Shown: positions 28,576 through 38,773, counted from the first letter of the stretch. The stretch is DNA of 64,000 nucleotides from Candidatus Lindowbacteria bacterium RIFCSPLOWO2_12_FULL_62_27 (GCA_001784175.1 MFPR01000028.1:101955-165954); one strand, 5' to 3'. Program-made: numbers and translations. Notes: generated from the sequence alone by a model not told the origin.

Positions 28576-29198
28576 GAGCGTCCACTTTTCTGTGTGCGAG
28601 TTTGTTTCTGTTCGGAACCGTAATATCGCTTCGAGCAGAAGAGGCGTCCGGCCCGGCATCCGTCGAGGAGGTTTGGCAGGGCATGGATCAGGGCATGAAC
28701 ACGCTGAAGGTCGACGTCAAGAAGCGCGATTTTTCGCGCATCAAGGAGGTCGTTTCCAAAATCAATCAGCTCGCAAGATGGCTGGTCGATCATCCCAAAT
28801 CGCCCGACCCGGCCTATGTCAAATACCTGCAGGGCGTCGAAGCGCATGTAAAAATGTACGCGGAAACCCTGGACCGCGAGGCGGGGAGGAACAACGGGCC
28901 CAACGCCGACTATGCCCTGAGGCTGCTCGGCCAGCAGGTGGACAACATTCGAAACAGTTACAACAGGGTTCCGGAGCCGAAACCGGAAACAGTTCCGGCG
29001 CCGGTCGCGGCGGCGACGGAACCTGCGCGGGCCGATACGGAATCCAAATCTTCGGATACGGCGCCGGCTTCGGACACGAAACCCGTGGCCGCCCCTGACA
29101 CAAAGACGGCAGCGCCGCCCGCTCCGGTCGAAAAACCAAAAGCAACCGCGCCTCGCGACACCGCACCCAAACCGGCACCCGCTAAAAAGAAAAAATAA
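28572..29198 (+). CDS. Secreted helical protein with Pro/Ala/Lys-rich tail
   Basis: Signal peptide, helical core, low-complexity C-terminus. Confidence 0.65.
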   Translation: MRASTFLCASLFLFGTVISLRAEEASGPASVEEVWQGMDQGMNTLKVDVKKRDFSRIKEVVSKINQLARWLVDHPKSPDPAYVKYLQGVEAHVKMYAETLDREAGRNNGPNADYALRLLGQQVDNIRNSYNRVPEPKPETVPAPVAAATEPARADTESKSSDTAPASDTKPVAAPDTKTAAPPAPVEKPKATAPRDTAPKPAPAKKKK

Positions 29199-29203
29199 CG
29201 GCG

Positions 29204-30445
29204 TTGGGAAATCCATTTCTGATCTCCGCCGTTTTTCTTGTTGTCCTCCTGGCGATGTCAGGATTAGCCTGGCTGGTGGTCCGCAGGCGCTCGGCTCAGG
29301 ACCGCGAGGCTCTCACGGCCGCCATCGCCGATTTTGAACGCCGGGTGACGGACTCCGTCTCGCGGGCCGCCACGGACATGGCGGCGCGGCTGGAGCAGGT
29401 GAAGGGCGACTTGCGCGCCGACCTGATTCGCGGCCTTCAGGAGGACGCCCGGCAGGCGCGGGCGGAACTCTCAGCGGCCATGTCGCAGCTCAATTCCGGA
29501 TTGCAGACGAAGTTCGAATCGCTCGAGGGCCGCACCTCGCAGAATCTCGAGTCGATCCGCTCGAAGGTGGACGAGAAGCTGCAAAACATCAGCGACCAGG
29601 TCCAGCAGAAACTCGAAAAAAATATTCAGGAGGGTTTCGCGCACTTTCAAAAAGTCCAGGAACACCTCAAGGCCGCCGAGGAACAGCTTCGCAACGTCGG
29701 CACGGTCGGGCAGTCCATCAACGAGCTCAACAGCCTCCTCAAAATGCCGCACCTGCGCGGCAGGTTCGGCGAGGCGGAACTCGGGCGCATCCTTTCCGAT
29801 TTCCTCCCGGCCGACGCCTACGAGGAGCAGGTGGCGATCGTGCCCGGCTCGGCGGAGGCGGTGGACGCGGTCGTCAAGTTTCCGAACGCGAAACTGCCGA
29901 TCGACAGCAAATTCAACCGCGAGCAGATCCTGCCGTTGTTTGAGACGTCCGATCCCTCGATGTTGAACGAAGCGCGCAAGCAGCTTGCGGCGATCATCAA
30001 ACAGCAGGCCCGGAGCATCAGCGAAAAATACATCCATCCCGAATACGGCACGTCCGACCTCGCGCTCATGTTTCTTCCGAGCGAGACGATTTATTTTGAA
30101 GTCATCCGGAATCTGGAACTCTGCGAGGCGATGCACAAGCTCAAAGTGTTTCCCGTCTCGCCCAATACGCTGGCGGTCACGCTCAAGTCGATCGCGCTCA
30201 GCTACGACTTCTACCAGTTTTCCATCGGCGTGGAAAAAACGATGGAACAGATCCGGATGGCGCAAAAGAGCTTCGCCTTCTTCCAGAAAAAATTTGACGC
30301 CATCGGCGCCGGCCTCCAGAAAGCCCAGGAGGCCTACGGCACCGCCGCCAACCACCTCAACCGCTACGCCGGCCGCGTAGTCCAGCTCACAGGCGAGCCG
30401 GCGCCGGAAATGCCGGAGGAGGAACCGAAAGTCCTCTCACCCTGA
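29204..30445 (+). CDS. rmuC: DNA recombination protein RmuC
   Basis: TM plus coiled coil; RGRFGEAEL, LPIDSKF, KYIHP..GTSDLALMFLPSE, VSPNTL. Confidence 0.9.
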   Translation: MGNPFLISAVFLVVLLAMSGLAWLVVRRRSAQDREALTAAIADFERRVTDSVSRAATDMAARLEQVKGDLRADLIRGLQEDARQARAELSAAMSQLNSGLQTKFESLEGRTSQNLESIRSKVDEKLQNISDQVQQKLEKNIQEGFAHFQKVQEHLKAAEEQLRNVGTVGQSINELNSLLKMPHLRGRFGEAELGRILSDFLPADAYEEQVAIVPGSAEAVDAVVKFPNAKLPIDSKFNREQILPLFETSDPSMLNEARKQLAAIIKQQARSISEKYIHPEYGTSDLALMFLPSETIYFEVIRNLELCEAMHKLKVFPVSPNTLAVTLKSIALSYDFYQFSIGVEKTMEQIRMAQKSFAFFQKKFDAIGAGLQKAQEAYGTAANHLNRYAGRVVQLTGEPAPEMPEEEPKVLSP

Positions 30446-30687
30446 GATGTTTTTTCGTTCAGAGGATCGTTTGCCGGCGCTGTCGCCGGCGTCTTGCTCG
30501 ACCGGAAAAAGTAGTACCAGTACAATCCCGTCCCCGGGATTCCCAGCGCGATGTATTTGCATCCGGTGGCGGATATGCCGGTCCGGATGCCCGGAACGCC
30601 GACACTGCCGCCGATGCCGGTTTTGCTCAAATTCAGGCGGAATGGTCCCCCCGCCAGAACTTTTCTCCATCTCCAGTGCCAACCCAT
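30364..30687 (-). CDS. DUF4236-like protein
   Basis: WRWRK...GPFRLNLSKTGIGGSVGVPG...GIPGTGLY; 3' end overlaps rmuC. Confidence 0.7.
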   Translation of the reverse strand: MGWHWRWRKVLAGGPFRLNLSKTGIGGSVGVPGIRTGISATGCKYIALGIPGTGLYWYYFFRSSKTPATAPANDPLNEKTSQGERTFGSSSGISGAGSPVSWTTRPA

Positions 30688-30688
30688 G

Positions 30689-32037
30689 TCAGATCACCTC
30701 CGCTTTCCGATTGGCTCGCGTCCAGCAGATGACGCGGCCGTCTTCGCCGCAGGACGCCAGTTTCTCGCCGTCCTTCGAAACCGATATGCCGCGCACGGCG
30801 CCGTCATGGCCGTCGAGCGTTCCGATTGTGCGGCCGGTCCGGACATCCCAACAGCGGATCATCCGGTCGGCGCCGCCCGAGATAAGGAAGGCGCCGCTGG
30901 GATCAAACGCCAGCGCATGCACAGGCGCGCCAGCTGTGATTTTTACGGCGGGCTTGAAGGACGCCGCATCCCACACAAAGATCACGCCATCGTCGCCGGC
31001 CGAGGCTATCCATTTTCCGTCCGGCGAAACGTGGACCGCGTTAACGTCGTTGGTGTGGCCGTGCAGAACCGCATCGCAGGTTCGGTTGGCGATGTTCCAT
31101 ATACGAACGCTCATGTCCGCCGACCCTGAAACGAGCGTTCGACCGTCGGTGGAAAAAGCGACGGACAGGACCTTGCGCCGGTGGCCTTCGAGGCAGGCTG
31201 CCGAGGACTGCGCCGCTACGTCCCAGACAATGATGTCTCGTTTGCCCAGGCCGAGGGCGATATATTTCCCACCCGGATCGGCCGCAATCGAATAGAAGCG
31301 GGTTTTTGAGTTCAGTACAAACGACTTTTCAACCTCGCCCGACCTGGAGATGGTGTACAGCAATTTCGAAAACTCGTCCGGCAATGTCGCATCCGTATCG
31401 GCGAACTCGACAGGTGTGGCGCCCTTGGACGAAACGTGAATGTTGAACAGCAGCACGCCGCCGTCCTTGCTCGCGAGGTTCTTGAGCGCGTTGGCGGGGC
31501 TCGTCGGATCGCCGTCCGTCGCCTCTCCGTCCGTGATGTTGATCACGATGGTGGAAAGCCGTTCGGATGCTGGGCGATCCACTCGGTCAGCACTCGCTCG
31601 GCCTGCGTCAGCGCCTGGCACATGGGCGTGCCGCCGTTGGCGACCGCGTCAAACCAGATCGGAAATTTCACCGTCTGATCGACCAGCCCGCCGGCGCCGT
31701 CGTCCACTTTTTTCGTCCGCTCCTCCATGCGCGCCGGATGGTCGGCGATTTCGCTGATCGGCGCCAGCGTTTTTCCGGAGAGTGAATTGTTGAACGCGGG
31801 TCCGACCGCCGCGCCGTAGCCGATGACGCCAACGTGATAGTAGTCCCGGATTCCCTCCGACTTGGCGCACTTGATCGCCAGATTCTGAAGCAGCCGGTTG
31901 ACGGCGTCCGCCACGCCTTCGGACTTCGGCCTGGCCGTTCCGTTCGTGCCGAACGTGTCGGACATTGATCCCGACTGATCGATCAAAAACAGGAAACAGC
32001 TCGGATTTGTTCGACTGATCTCCGCTGTGTACGGCAT
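30689..32037 (-). pseudogene. Frameshifted vWA (TerY-like) gene fused to a WD40-repeat fragment
   Basis: FLIDQSGSM MIDAS and GGTPM in one frame; IVINITDGEATDGDP continues in another after an apparent 1-nt loss near 31551; then GH..WD repeats. Confidence 0.75.
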
Positions 32038-32095
32038 TCGATCCTCACCTCCCTTTTTTGTGCCCGCCGAGGGCGGGATTTGCGATCCACTTTGA

Positions 32096-32124
32096 ATAAA
32101 TGCCGCCTTTGGTCGTTTTTCCGG
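32096..32124 (-). promoter_or_regulatory. CCGGAA-N16-CATTTAT motif upstream of the vWA gene
   Basis: CCGGAA aaacgaccaaaggcgg CATTTAT. Confidence 0.7.
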
Positions 32125-32140
32125 CTTTCGGCGGCTATTC

Positions 32141-33157
32141 TCAGCTGACGTGAAATATCCGGTCCGTCCACCCCCGGCCGTTTTGTTCCGCGCAGTGCCA
32201 GGCCGACTCGTTGTTCATCCAGCACCACTTTTGCTCGTCCTTCCTGTAATACCAGTCGCGATCCTGCAGGTAGTAAATCTGCCGGCCCCGGCGCTCGAGA
32301 ATGTGACAAATCAGGTTGTCGTGATGGTGTTCCTCGTCGATATCGCTCCGCAGAAACTGCCCCATGGTCGAGTACAGTTCGTTCAATTTTCGCAGGCCCG
32401 ACTCGATTTCAGGGTCTATGGCTTTGACGTTCAACCCCAGCCGCGCCGCTTCGCGCGCCGTGATCGGATACGAATGGGAAGGATAGGCCGAATTGAGTTC
32501 CCGGCTGATTCGCTCCGCTTTCTCACCGTCGGACATGTGATAGCTCAACAGTTCCTTGCAGATGCGGATCGACAGCGAGCTGGCCCGATCCACGGCGCCG
32601 ATCACCAGCGGATGGATGTACTTGTACACCTCCGGAAACGGATTGCCGTTCGGGTGCTCGTTCCACAGCCTGATGATCCGCGACATTTCGTCGTGGCTGA
32701 CGGATACGGGATCCTTGTCCGAGTCCGTCGGCGAGAGCGGGTGGCGGAGCGACACGTCGACGGCCGTGAGAAACGAGCCGGGTCCCATGTGAATCTCGTC
32801 GCACCCGAGCGCCAGCATCGTCGCCGCCGAGGCGCATTCGAACGGCGCGAACAGAATCACGCGTTTGTAGTAATTCCGGAGAAAGTGAATGAATCGGAGC
32901 GCCTCGTGCCCGCTGCCGCCGTCCGACTTGACGGACAGCCCAATGGTGTCGGCGTGGGCCGCTCGATCCACCACGTGCGCCAGCGCGTCAACATCGCTGT
33001 GCCCGATTTCACAGTTGGACGAATGCCAGAACGCAATCACGGGATAGCCCTGGATTTCCTCGAGCGCCTCCAGAATGGGTTGCGTCTGCTCCGTCAACAC
33101 CGGGGACTTCTTCGGCGCCGCATGGGACGCCCCGCGTTCGGCGGTTTTCTTGTTCAT
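32141..33157 (-). CDS. SDH-family ClpP-fold serine proteinase
   Basis: SDGG, CASAATMLALGCDEIHMGP, YPSHSYPI; AGGAGG RBS. Confidence 0.85.
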   Translation of the reverse strand: MNKKTAERGASHAAPKKSPVLTEQTQPILEALEEIQGYPVIAFWHSSNCEIGHSDVDALAHVVDRAAHADTIGLSVKSDGGSGHEALRFIHFLRNYYKRVILFAPFECASAATMLALGCDEIHMGPGSFLTAVDVSLRHPLSPTDSDKDPVSVSHDEMSRIIRLWNEHPNGNPFPEVYKYIHPLVIGAVDRASSLSIRICKELLSYHMSDGEKAERISRELNSAYPSHSYPITAREAARLGLNVKAIDPEIESGLRKLNELYSTMGQFLRSDIDEEHHHDNLICHILERRGRQIYYLQDRDWYYRKDEQKWCWMNNESAWHCAEQNGRGWTDRIFHVS

Positions 33158-33274
33158 TTTTTCTCCTCCTTGTGGATTTTGGGCGGCTCGACGCCGCGAA
33201 GGTCCGTCTGCATAAACGGCCCGATTCCCTTTCCATATTGTGTTTTCAAAGATCCCATCGCTGCTCCAACCTGA

Positions 33275-33303
33275 ATAAATGACGCCATCCGCAAATATTC
33301 CGG
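33275..33303 (-). promoter_or_regulatory. CCGGAA-N16-CATTTAT motif upstream of the Clp-fold protease
   Basis: CCGGAA tatttgcggatggcgt CATTTAT. Confidence 0.7.
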
Positions 33304-33402
33304 AGGGACGCACAACATTTTCAACCGAAGGCCGCCCTTCCGCCGCCGCATATACTGAAATGGCCCTCCCTCTCACACTGGATCGCCCGGTGGATGTGAG
33401 GA

Positions 33403-33918
33403 TCATGTCGAGAACATCCGGGCGGCGTTGAAGGCGGCGACGGTGTTGAGGCCGCGGTAGGCTTCGACGATCATGGATCGGCCGCCGCAGTCCAGATGCT
33501 CTCCGGCGATCTCGCCGAAGCGCCGGTTGGAGACCTGAATCTGGCGCGCCGTCGCCCGCACCCCGTAGAGCCGCGCTTCGGCGGGATCCGAGATGAACAT
33601 GCCCGTGTGGAATGGCGATTGGAGTTTGTGGGCGCGGACAAATTGATCGGCATGGCACCAGATGCAGACGCAAATTTTCTCCCGCAAGTCCGGAACCAGC
33701 CGCTTGTCGACGGCGAAATCACCCATCCGGTAGTCGAACAGCCCATCGGGCGAGCCGTGTCCCAGCAGGATGACGCGCGCGTGACGGGCCATGGCGGCCC
33801 GCAGAGCCGTTTCTGTCAGCGCATCGGCTTGTCGGGCGACCATCCAGTTTCGCCCCGCGTAGATGCCCGCGAGAAATTCAGTGGAGGGATCGCCCGGATG
33901 GACCACCAGTGTCTTCAT
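33403..33918 (-). CDS. Hypothetical protein (MKTLVVHPGDPSTEFL...)
   Basis: LLGHGSPDGLF, CIWCHAD, TGMFIS segments look conserved; function not known to me. Confidence 0.7.
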   Translation of the reverse strand: MKTLVVHPGDPSTEFLAGIYAGRNWMVARQADALTETALRAAMARHARVILLGHGSPDGLFDYRMGDFAVDKRLVPDLREKICVCIWCHADQFVRAHKLQSPFHTGMFISDPAEARLYGVRATARQIQVSNRRFGEIAGEHLDCGGRSMIVEAYRGLNTVAAFNAARMFST

Positions 33919-33925
33919 ACCCCAT

Positions 33926-33954
33926 ATAAATGCCGCCCCCGGCCAAATTTCCGG
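33926..33954 (-). promoter_or_regulatory. CCGGAA-N16-CATTTAT motif, 7 nt before the ATG
   Basis: CCGGAA atttggccgggggcgg CATTTAT atggggt ATG. Confidence 0.7.
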
Positions 33955-34061
33955 GACGGCCAAAAGATCCGAAGTGGCAATCTTGCAATATCCGTTGCCG
34001 GCATTCTGAATTTGACTTGCATCTTCTGCCGACCCTGTGCTTGAATCTCATGGGGGGGGAG

Positions 34062-34391
34062 ATGGATATTGAGAAGCTTTCTTTGGATGAGTTGCACGAC
34101 CTCAACCGGCGAGTCGTCCGGCGGATCCGGTATCTGAACAGCCTCAAAACCGGGCGTGAGCTTGAGAAATTCGAGATCGGCGACCGCGTCTGTTTTCACC
34201 CGGACGGCAAACACATGGAGGGAGTCGTGGTTCGCGTCAACCGCAAGACCCTCGGCGTGCGGACGGACAGCGGCCACGAGTGGAGAGTCCACCCGGGCGC
34301 GGCCACAAAGGTCTCTTCCTCCACCACGCCGCCTTTCCCCACACGGATCGGGGAAATCGAGATGCCCCCTGCTGGATTTTCCGAGAACTGA
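34062..34391 (+). CDS. Hypothetical protein, helix plus SH3-like barrel
   Basis: FEIGDRVCF...GVVVRVNRKTLGV...WRVHP; RBS present. Confidence 0.65.
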   Translation: MDIEKLSLDELHDLNRRVVRRIRYLNSLKTGRELEKFEIGDRVCFHPDGKHMEGVVVRVNRKTLGVRTDSGHEWRVHPGAATKVSSSTTPPFPTRIGEIEMPPAGFSEN

Positions 34392-34441
34392 CACCAGCCA
34401 TGACGGTTTATACATTGCGTGGAAGGAGAGAGGAAAGGCTT

Positions 34442-36259
34442 ATGGAGAAACTATCGGCGGGTTTGTCGGAGAAAGAGATCCGGCGTGTGCTGACGGGGTC
34501 GCTGACCGTATTGGGCAGATCGAAACTCGATCTGCTCTTCGCAAAACTCGGTCCCGAAACCGGTCGATCCCTTCGGCGAATCCTCCATTCGTCCAGGCAA
34601 AATCGCGAGTTGCGCCGCAGTCCCGACAAGATCCGGCAGGAATGGACGCGGGCGTGGGAGGAATGGGACGATCGATTCTCTGCCGCCGGCGATGAGCAAG
34701 GGCCATACGTGTCCCAGGACGCCGACTGGGAGCAACCCTACTTCGACCACGAATCTCTGATAAGTGACTTGGAACCGATTGCGGCAAAGATGGGGAAACT
34801 TCTGCCTCGGGTGTTCGATGAGGGTCTTGATCCGGAATTCAGTTTCGCCGAGGCGGTCAAAAAGAGCGTTGAGGATTTCTCGTCCAGCCTTCCGGAGTGG
34901 CTGAATCCTTTCGAAACGGACGGATTCGGGTTGGGTCCTCAAGCGACGGCCTGCCTTCTGGATTGGGAGCGGCGAGCCGACCGCCCGGCCTTTCAGCTCA
35001 TCGACGATCTTCGGCGGCTGGAGGCCGACATCGGGAATTTTTATCTGGACGAAGGCGCGGTCGTCCGGTTTGTCCGCTCCCTGTCCACGGAGGACAAGAA
35101 AGAAATCCAGCGCGGAATGCGGTCGAACCGTCAGGAGGCTCACTGGCGCAAGGCTCTGGACAATGCGCGCTCCACCTGGTTTCGCATCTACAAGGAACTG
35201 TCCCGCGGCCACGACCGCGCGGGCTATCTGGAAAACTGCGAGGCTAAAATTGATCAGGATTGGACGTTGGCCCTGCCTGTGATTCGCAATCTGCAAAGCA
35301 GGAAGGATCATTCGAAAGTCGTGGAGGTATGCGGGAGGGCGTTGCGCTCAGTATTGGGATCTTGGGATGCAAAGACATGGGATCCGAAAGAAAAACTGAT
35401 CGGCCTTTGGGTCGGCCGCGCCGCCGACGGCAAGCCGGATGCCGGAGTCATTCAGATTCTGCGCGCGTGGGAAGAATCCGCGGAAGCCATGGGTCAAGCC
35501 GATCTGGCCGCGGCGATCCATCTTCAGGCGGATTTGCTTCCGGACTGGCGTAACTGGGATAAGGCTCTGTCGGCATTCCGCCGTCAGCCCATGGAGTCGT
35601 TCCCCAAGATGCGGGAATGCCTTTATGAAAAATGGCGCGTCCGGGTTACCGAAGAAAGCATGCAAAGGTGTGTCATCGACTCCATTGAACGCGCGGAAAT
35701 TTCCCAATGGATCCCTGCGCTTGCGGATGCGGCGCGGAAAAGCGAGAGTGGGTCAACGGTGTTTTCCGATCAGATCCGTCCGTGGCTGCGACAAATGGAT
35801 GAAGGCCGGGCGGCCGTGCGCATATCCATCAATGACATCGCCCGGCTCACCTTGGATCTGGATGGCGCCTCGTGGCTTCGGCGCGAGTCTCCGACGCTGG
35901 TCCGCCTGCTGGCTTACGGCTGGAACGACGATCCGGCCCTGCGCGCCTCCCGGCGCAAGTGGCTGGAACATTCAGGCGGCCCTGCGTTGATCCCCGACCT
36001 TCTCGGATTCTGGCGCCGGAATACCGAACGGCTCGTTCCTGACCCGAAAGACGCCGAATCGTCCAACTACGACCGTTGCGCGGACTGGGTTCGCGCCCTG
36101 CACGAGATTCAGCCGGCCTCCGGCCGGAAACTTCTCGCCGGCTGGTCAACCCTCCACCGCCGCCGGAAGAATCTGTGGTGTGCGCTGCGCAAGCGCGGCC
36201 TGCCCGTTCCCGGCGCGCCCACAGGAAAGATACTCCCCCGGCAAACGGCCACGGCCTGA
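34442..36259 (+). CDS. Large helical hypothetical protein
   Basis: About 605-aa ORF; no motif recognised. Confidence 0.7.
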   Translation: MEKLSAGLSEKEIRRVLTGSLTVLGRSKLDLLFAKLGPETGRSLRRILHSSRQNRELRRSPDKIRQEWTRAWEEWDDRFSAAGDEQGPYVSQDADWEQPYFDHESLISDLEPIAAKMGKLLPRVFDEGLDPEFSFAEAVKKSVEDFSSSLPEWLNPFETDGFGLGPQATACLLDWERRADRPAFQLIDDLRRLEADIGNFYLDEGAVVRFVRSLSTEDKKEIQRGMRSNRQEAHWRKALDNARSTWFRIYKELSRGHDRAGYLENCEAKIDQDWTLALPVIRNLQSRKDHSKVVEVCGRALRSVLGSWDAKTWDPKEKLIGLWVGRAADGKPDAGVIQILRAWEESAEAMGQADLAAAIHLQADLLPDWRNWDKALSAFRRQPMESFPKMRECLYEKWRVRVTEESMQRCVIDSIERAEISQWIPALADAARKSESGSTVFSDQIRPWLRQMDEGRAAVRISINDIARLTLDLDGASWLRRESPTLVRLLAYGWNDDPALRASRRKWLEHSGGPALIPDLLGFWRRNTERLVPDPKDAESSNYDRCADWVRALHEIQPASGRKLLAGWSTLHRRRKNLWCALRKRGLPVPGAPTGKILPRQTATA

Positions 36260-36265
36260 CCGACC

Positions 36266-36934
36266 ATGGCGCGCACGACAGGCCCTGTTTACATCACAAA
36301 CCTGTTGCATCTGTTTCCGGCCGATCCCGAATCCGTCATTCCGGATAAGGCGCTCAAACTTCGAGAATTTTTGGGACTCATCGTCAGAACGGCCACTGCC
36401 GTAATGGCCGAAACCGATATCGCCGCCGGCATCCGATGCAGGAGCAGGATGCATCGGAAAAAGTGTACCGGATTTCTGCTTATCCAGCGCCAGGATGTTC
36501 CCGGACCCTTCATCCACTGGGCTTGTGATCGGTGCGGCTCCGGCGGCAGAATTGAGGGATTTGCAGGATCCCCTTATGACCTCTCCCGTTTTCGTAACGG
36601 TCTGGGGAGCGGTGATGGAGGCGAACGCATACAAGTCGAGATCACACCTGACGAATACAACTCCCTCATCGCCGGAAAATTCATCCCCTACGACCCCGAT
36701 TCGGAACGAATCATTTTTTCAGCCCGCTACTACGAAGAAACGGTCCAGCTCGAAGCCGCCGCCGATGACCTCGATACCCTCGGAGACTGCGTTGCCGCCG
36801 ACGCAAATCATGAGAAAAACCGCAAACGGGCAAAACATGTACAATCCATCTTCCAAAAAATTACAGTCGCGCTCGATATGGATTCCCGCCGATCAAACGG
36901 GGACTGCCGAATCCGGTCAGGCTGGACGCACTGA
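36266..36934 (+). CDS. Hypothetical protein with putative Zn-ribbon
   Basis: C..R....C and WACDRCG motifs. Confidence 0.65.
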   Translation: MARTTGPVYITNLLHLFPADPESVIPDKALKLREFLGLIVRTATAVMAETDIAAGIRCRSRMHRKKCTGFLLIQRQDVPGPFIHWACDRCGSGGRIEGFAGSPYDLSRFRNGLGSGDGGERIQVEITPDEYNSLIAGKFIPYDPDSERIIFSARYYEETVQLEAAADDLDTLGDCVAADANHEKNRKRAKHVQSIFQKITVALDMDSRRSNGDCRIRSGWTH

Positions 36935-37265
36935 CTGTGGGAGAGGGTAACCGATGTCGTATGTGAGGGGCATGTGGCGGCCGTACGTGCCGGACCGGAA
37001 TGATCCGCTGTACGCGTGCAGCGAGCCGCATACGAAGGTGTCCTCCATGAGGGCGTAGTAGGATTTGACGGTGTTGCGGCTGACGCCCAGCGCGCTTGAC
37101 AGCGTGCTGTAATTGACGATTTGCCCGTCGTACGCGCCGGCCACCATGAGAAATTTTCCGAATGTTCCGATGATTGAAACCAGATTCTCCCGCCGGATTT
37201 CATTTTCCACGTACGTGGCCGAGTAATTTTCCAGCAGTTCAAACGCGTCCGCATCTTTGGGCGTC
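36917..37265 (-). pseudogene. Internal fragment of an AAA ATPase/DUF4143-type gene
   Basis: TYVENEIR...GQIVNYSTLSSALGVSRNTVKSYYALMEDTF; no Walker A region. Confidence 0.7.
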
Positions 37266-37320
37266 AGGCACTGTTCTGAATGTCAGGCATAGGTTTATTT
37301 GCCGGCGAGTGTGCGGAGGC

Positions 37321-37434
37321 TCACGTCAGAATGAAGCGCTCCGATTTCGACGTTGCCGCCATCCGGTCAACCAGGGACTGGGGCGTGTCGGCACGAACGA
37401 GGGCGCTGACCGCATCGGTATCGAACAGATACAT
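37321..37434 (-). pseudogene. vapC: Truncated vapC (37 codons), duplicate of 42256-42660
   Basis: MYLFDTDAVSALVR... near-identical to the intact copy until ERFI, then a stop after two unrelated codons. Confidence 0.85.
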
Positions 37435-37440
37435 AAGGGC

Positions 37441-37689
37441 CTAAAAGCGCACGGCCCGCGGCTTGTCTTTGCGGCGGCCCGACACGATCGAATTCATCGT
37501 CCGGAAAAATGGATGTCCCGGGGCCAGCCAGCCTTTCCAGTCCCGCGGCCAGCGCTCATCCTCCACCCGGATCAACTTCGCGACCGGCCGGCCGCGGCGC
37601 GTGATTAGAAATTCCTCGCGACCATACGCCACCCTTCCGAGTAGAGCCGACAACCGCTTCTTGGCCTCCGCAACGCTGATCGACACCAT
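37441..37689 (-). CDS. Phd/YefM family antitoxin, copy 1
   Basis: ISVAEAKKRLSALL...ITRRGRPVAKL. Confidence 0.9.
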   Translation of the reverse strand: MVSISVAEAKKRLSALLGRVAYGREEFLITRRGRPVAKLIRVEDERWPRDWKGWLAPGHPFFRTMNSIVSGRRKDKPRAVRF

Positions 37690-37709
37690 GGGTCACATCC
37701 TCCTTTATA

Positions 37710-37728
37710 GGTCATTATGACCATTATA
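37710..37728 (-). promoter_or_regulatory. TA promoter -10 box plus palindromic operator (repeated at 42936-42954)
   Basis: TATAAT immediately followed by GGTCAT-A-ATGACC, then AAAGGAGG RBS. Confidence 0.7.
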
Positions 37729-37753
37729 GGCCATATCCCCTGCGGCCTCAAAT

Positions 37754-37927
37754 TCATCGATCCGGCGCATTGTCCGTCCACTTCGCCTTTTTGGCGTCCA
37801 CGAGCCGCATCGGTTCGATTCCCGCCTTGAGCGCCCCCATCACGATGCGCGCGCAGGCTGTGGCGTCCGACAGCGCGTTGTGATGGTTCAGCCGGATCCG
37901 GAATCTGCGGCATACATCGGGCAACTT
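37754..37927 (-). pseudogene. 3' fragment of a DEDDh 3'-5' exonuclease
   Basis: KLPDVCRRFRIRLNHHNALSDATACARIV. Confidence 0.8.
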
Positions 37928-37933
37928 GGAGAT

Positions 37934-38296
37934 TTAAGGCCATTCGATCATTTTGCCGGAGTCCGGGTGAATGGGATTGACGCTCCAATATTTTTCAAAA
38001 TGGCGCATATATTCTTTGGCCCGGGACTGTGGGATAGTCACGAGGACCACGGCGAGGTTCGAGGCCCGAAGCCGACCGGCGGCGGAGACGGCAAATCCTC
38101 TGTCCCGCGTCAAGAGAACCTGATATTTTTCACAGGCTTTTTCGACCAATTCGCCGTTGGTGATCTCATCCCACTTCTCCTGTCTGACGGTGGAGCAGGA
38201 GATGCCTTTGGCGCTGAGCCACTCCGCCAACCGGGCCGGCATATTGTGGTCAAGCAGCCAGTTTCGGATCGGGTTGGCTGAGTCGGTCGGCTGCAT
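37934..38296 (-). CDS. DUF5615 PIN-like toxin
   Basis: WLLDHNMP, VLLTRDRGF; downstream of DUF433. Confidence 0.8.
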   Translation of the reverse strand: MQPTDSANPIRNWLLDHNMPARLAEWLSAKGISCSTVRQEKWDEITNGELVEKACEKYQVLLTRDRGFAVSAAGRLRASNLAVVLVTIPQSRAKEYMRHFEKYWSVNPIHPDSGKMIEWP

Positions 38297-38468
38297 ACTG
38301 TAGAATTTCGGGCAATGCTTCGGGCGGGAATCCTGGATAATCTTGAGCGATTTCCGAAGCCGTCATGCCCTCGGAAATGCACTGTATGACAAAACTCACG
38401 CTAAGCCGAGTCCCATTGACCCGCGGCTGACCCCCCAAAATATCCGGATTCTGAACGATCCATTTCAT
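38250..38468 (-). CDS. DUF433 antitoxin
   Basis: NPDILGGQPRVNGTRLSV...EIAQDYP. Confidence 0.88.
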   Translation of the reverse strand: MKWIVQNPDILGGQPRVNGTRLSVSFVIQCISEGMTASEIAQDYPGFPPEALPEILQYAADRLSQPDPKLAA

Positions 38469-38532
38469 GCCCACAGTATACTGCGGCCCGGCGACGGAAG
38501 CAACCAGCAGGCGCGCGACCGTGTTCATCTCG

Positions 38533-38691
38533 AAGCCGATGTTCCTTCCGAGCGATCTTCCCATTCTCCACGACCACCACCGCGCACGCGCTGTCACGGC
38601 CATGATCGGCCGTCTCAAAATCGATGGCGGCGAAGCGCGGGCGGCCGAGCTGATCCTCAGCCAGCGCGTTCATGGGATAGACAATTTTCAT
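38533..38691 (-). pseudogene. 5' fragment of a DEDDh exonuclease preceded by a helicase-motif-Ia-like peptide
   Basis: IVYPMNALAEDQLGR followed by FAAIDFETAD..DSAC. Confidence 0.7.
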
Positions 38692-38773
38692 GGGGACGGA
38701 GATTGAAATTTGACATTCCGGGCCGTGCCCCATCTTTTGTGGCCGTTCTCCGAAAGATTACACCGTGAGAATC

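Larger units (their letters stand above)
37330..37927. repeat. ~598-bp duplication, copy 1 (copy 2 at 42556-43153)
   Basis: Colinear at a constant 5226-bp offset with scattered substitutions. Confidence 0.92.
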
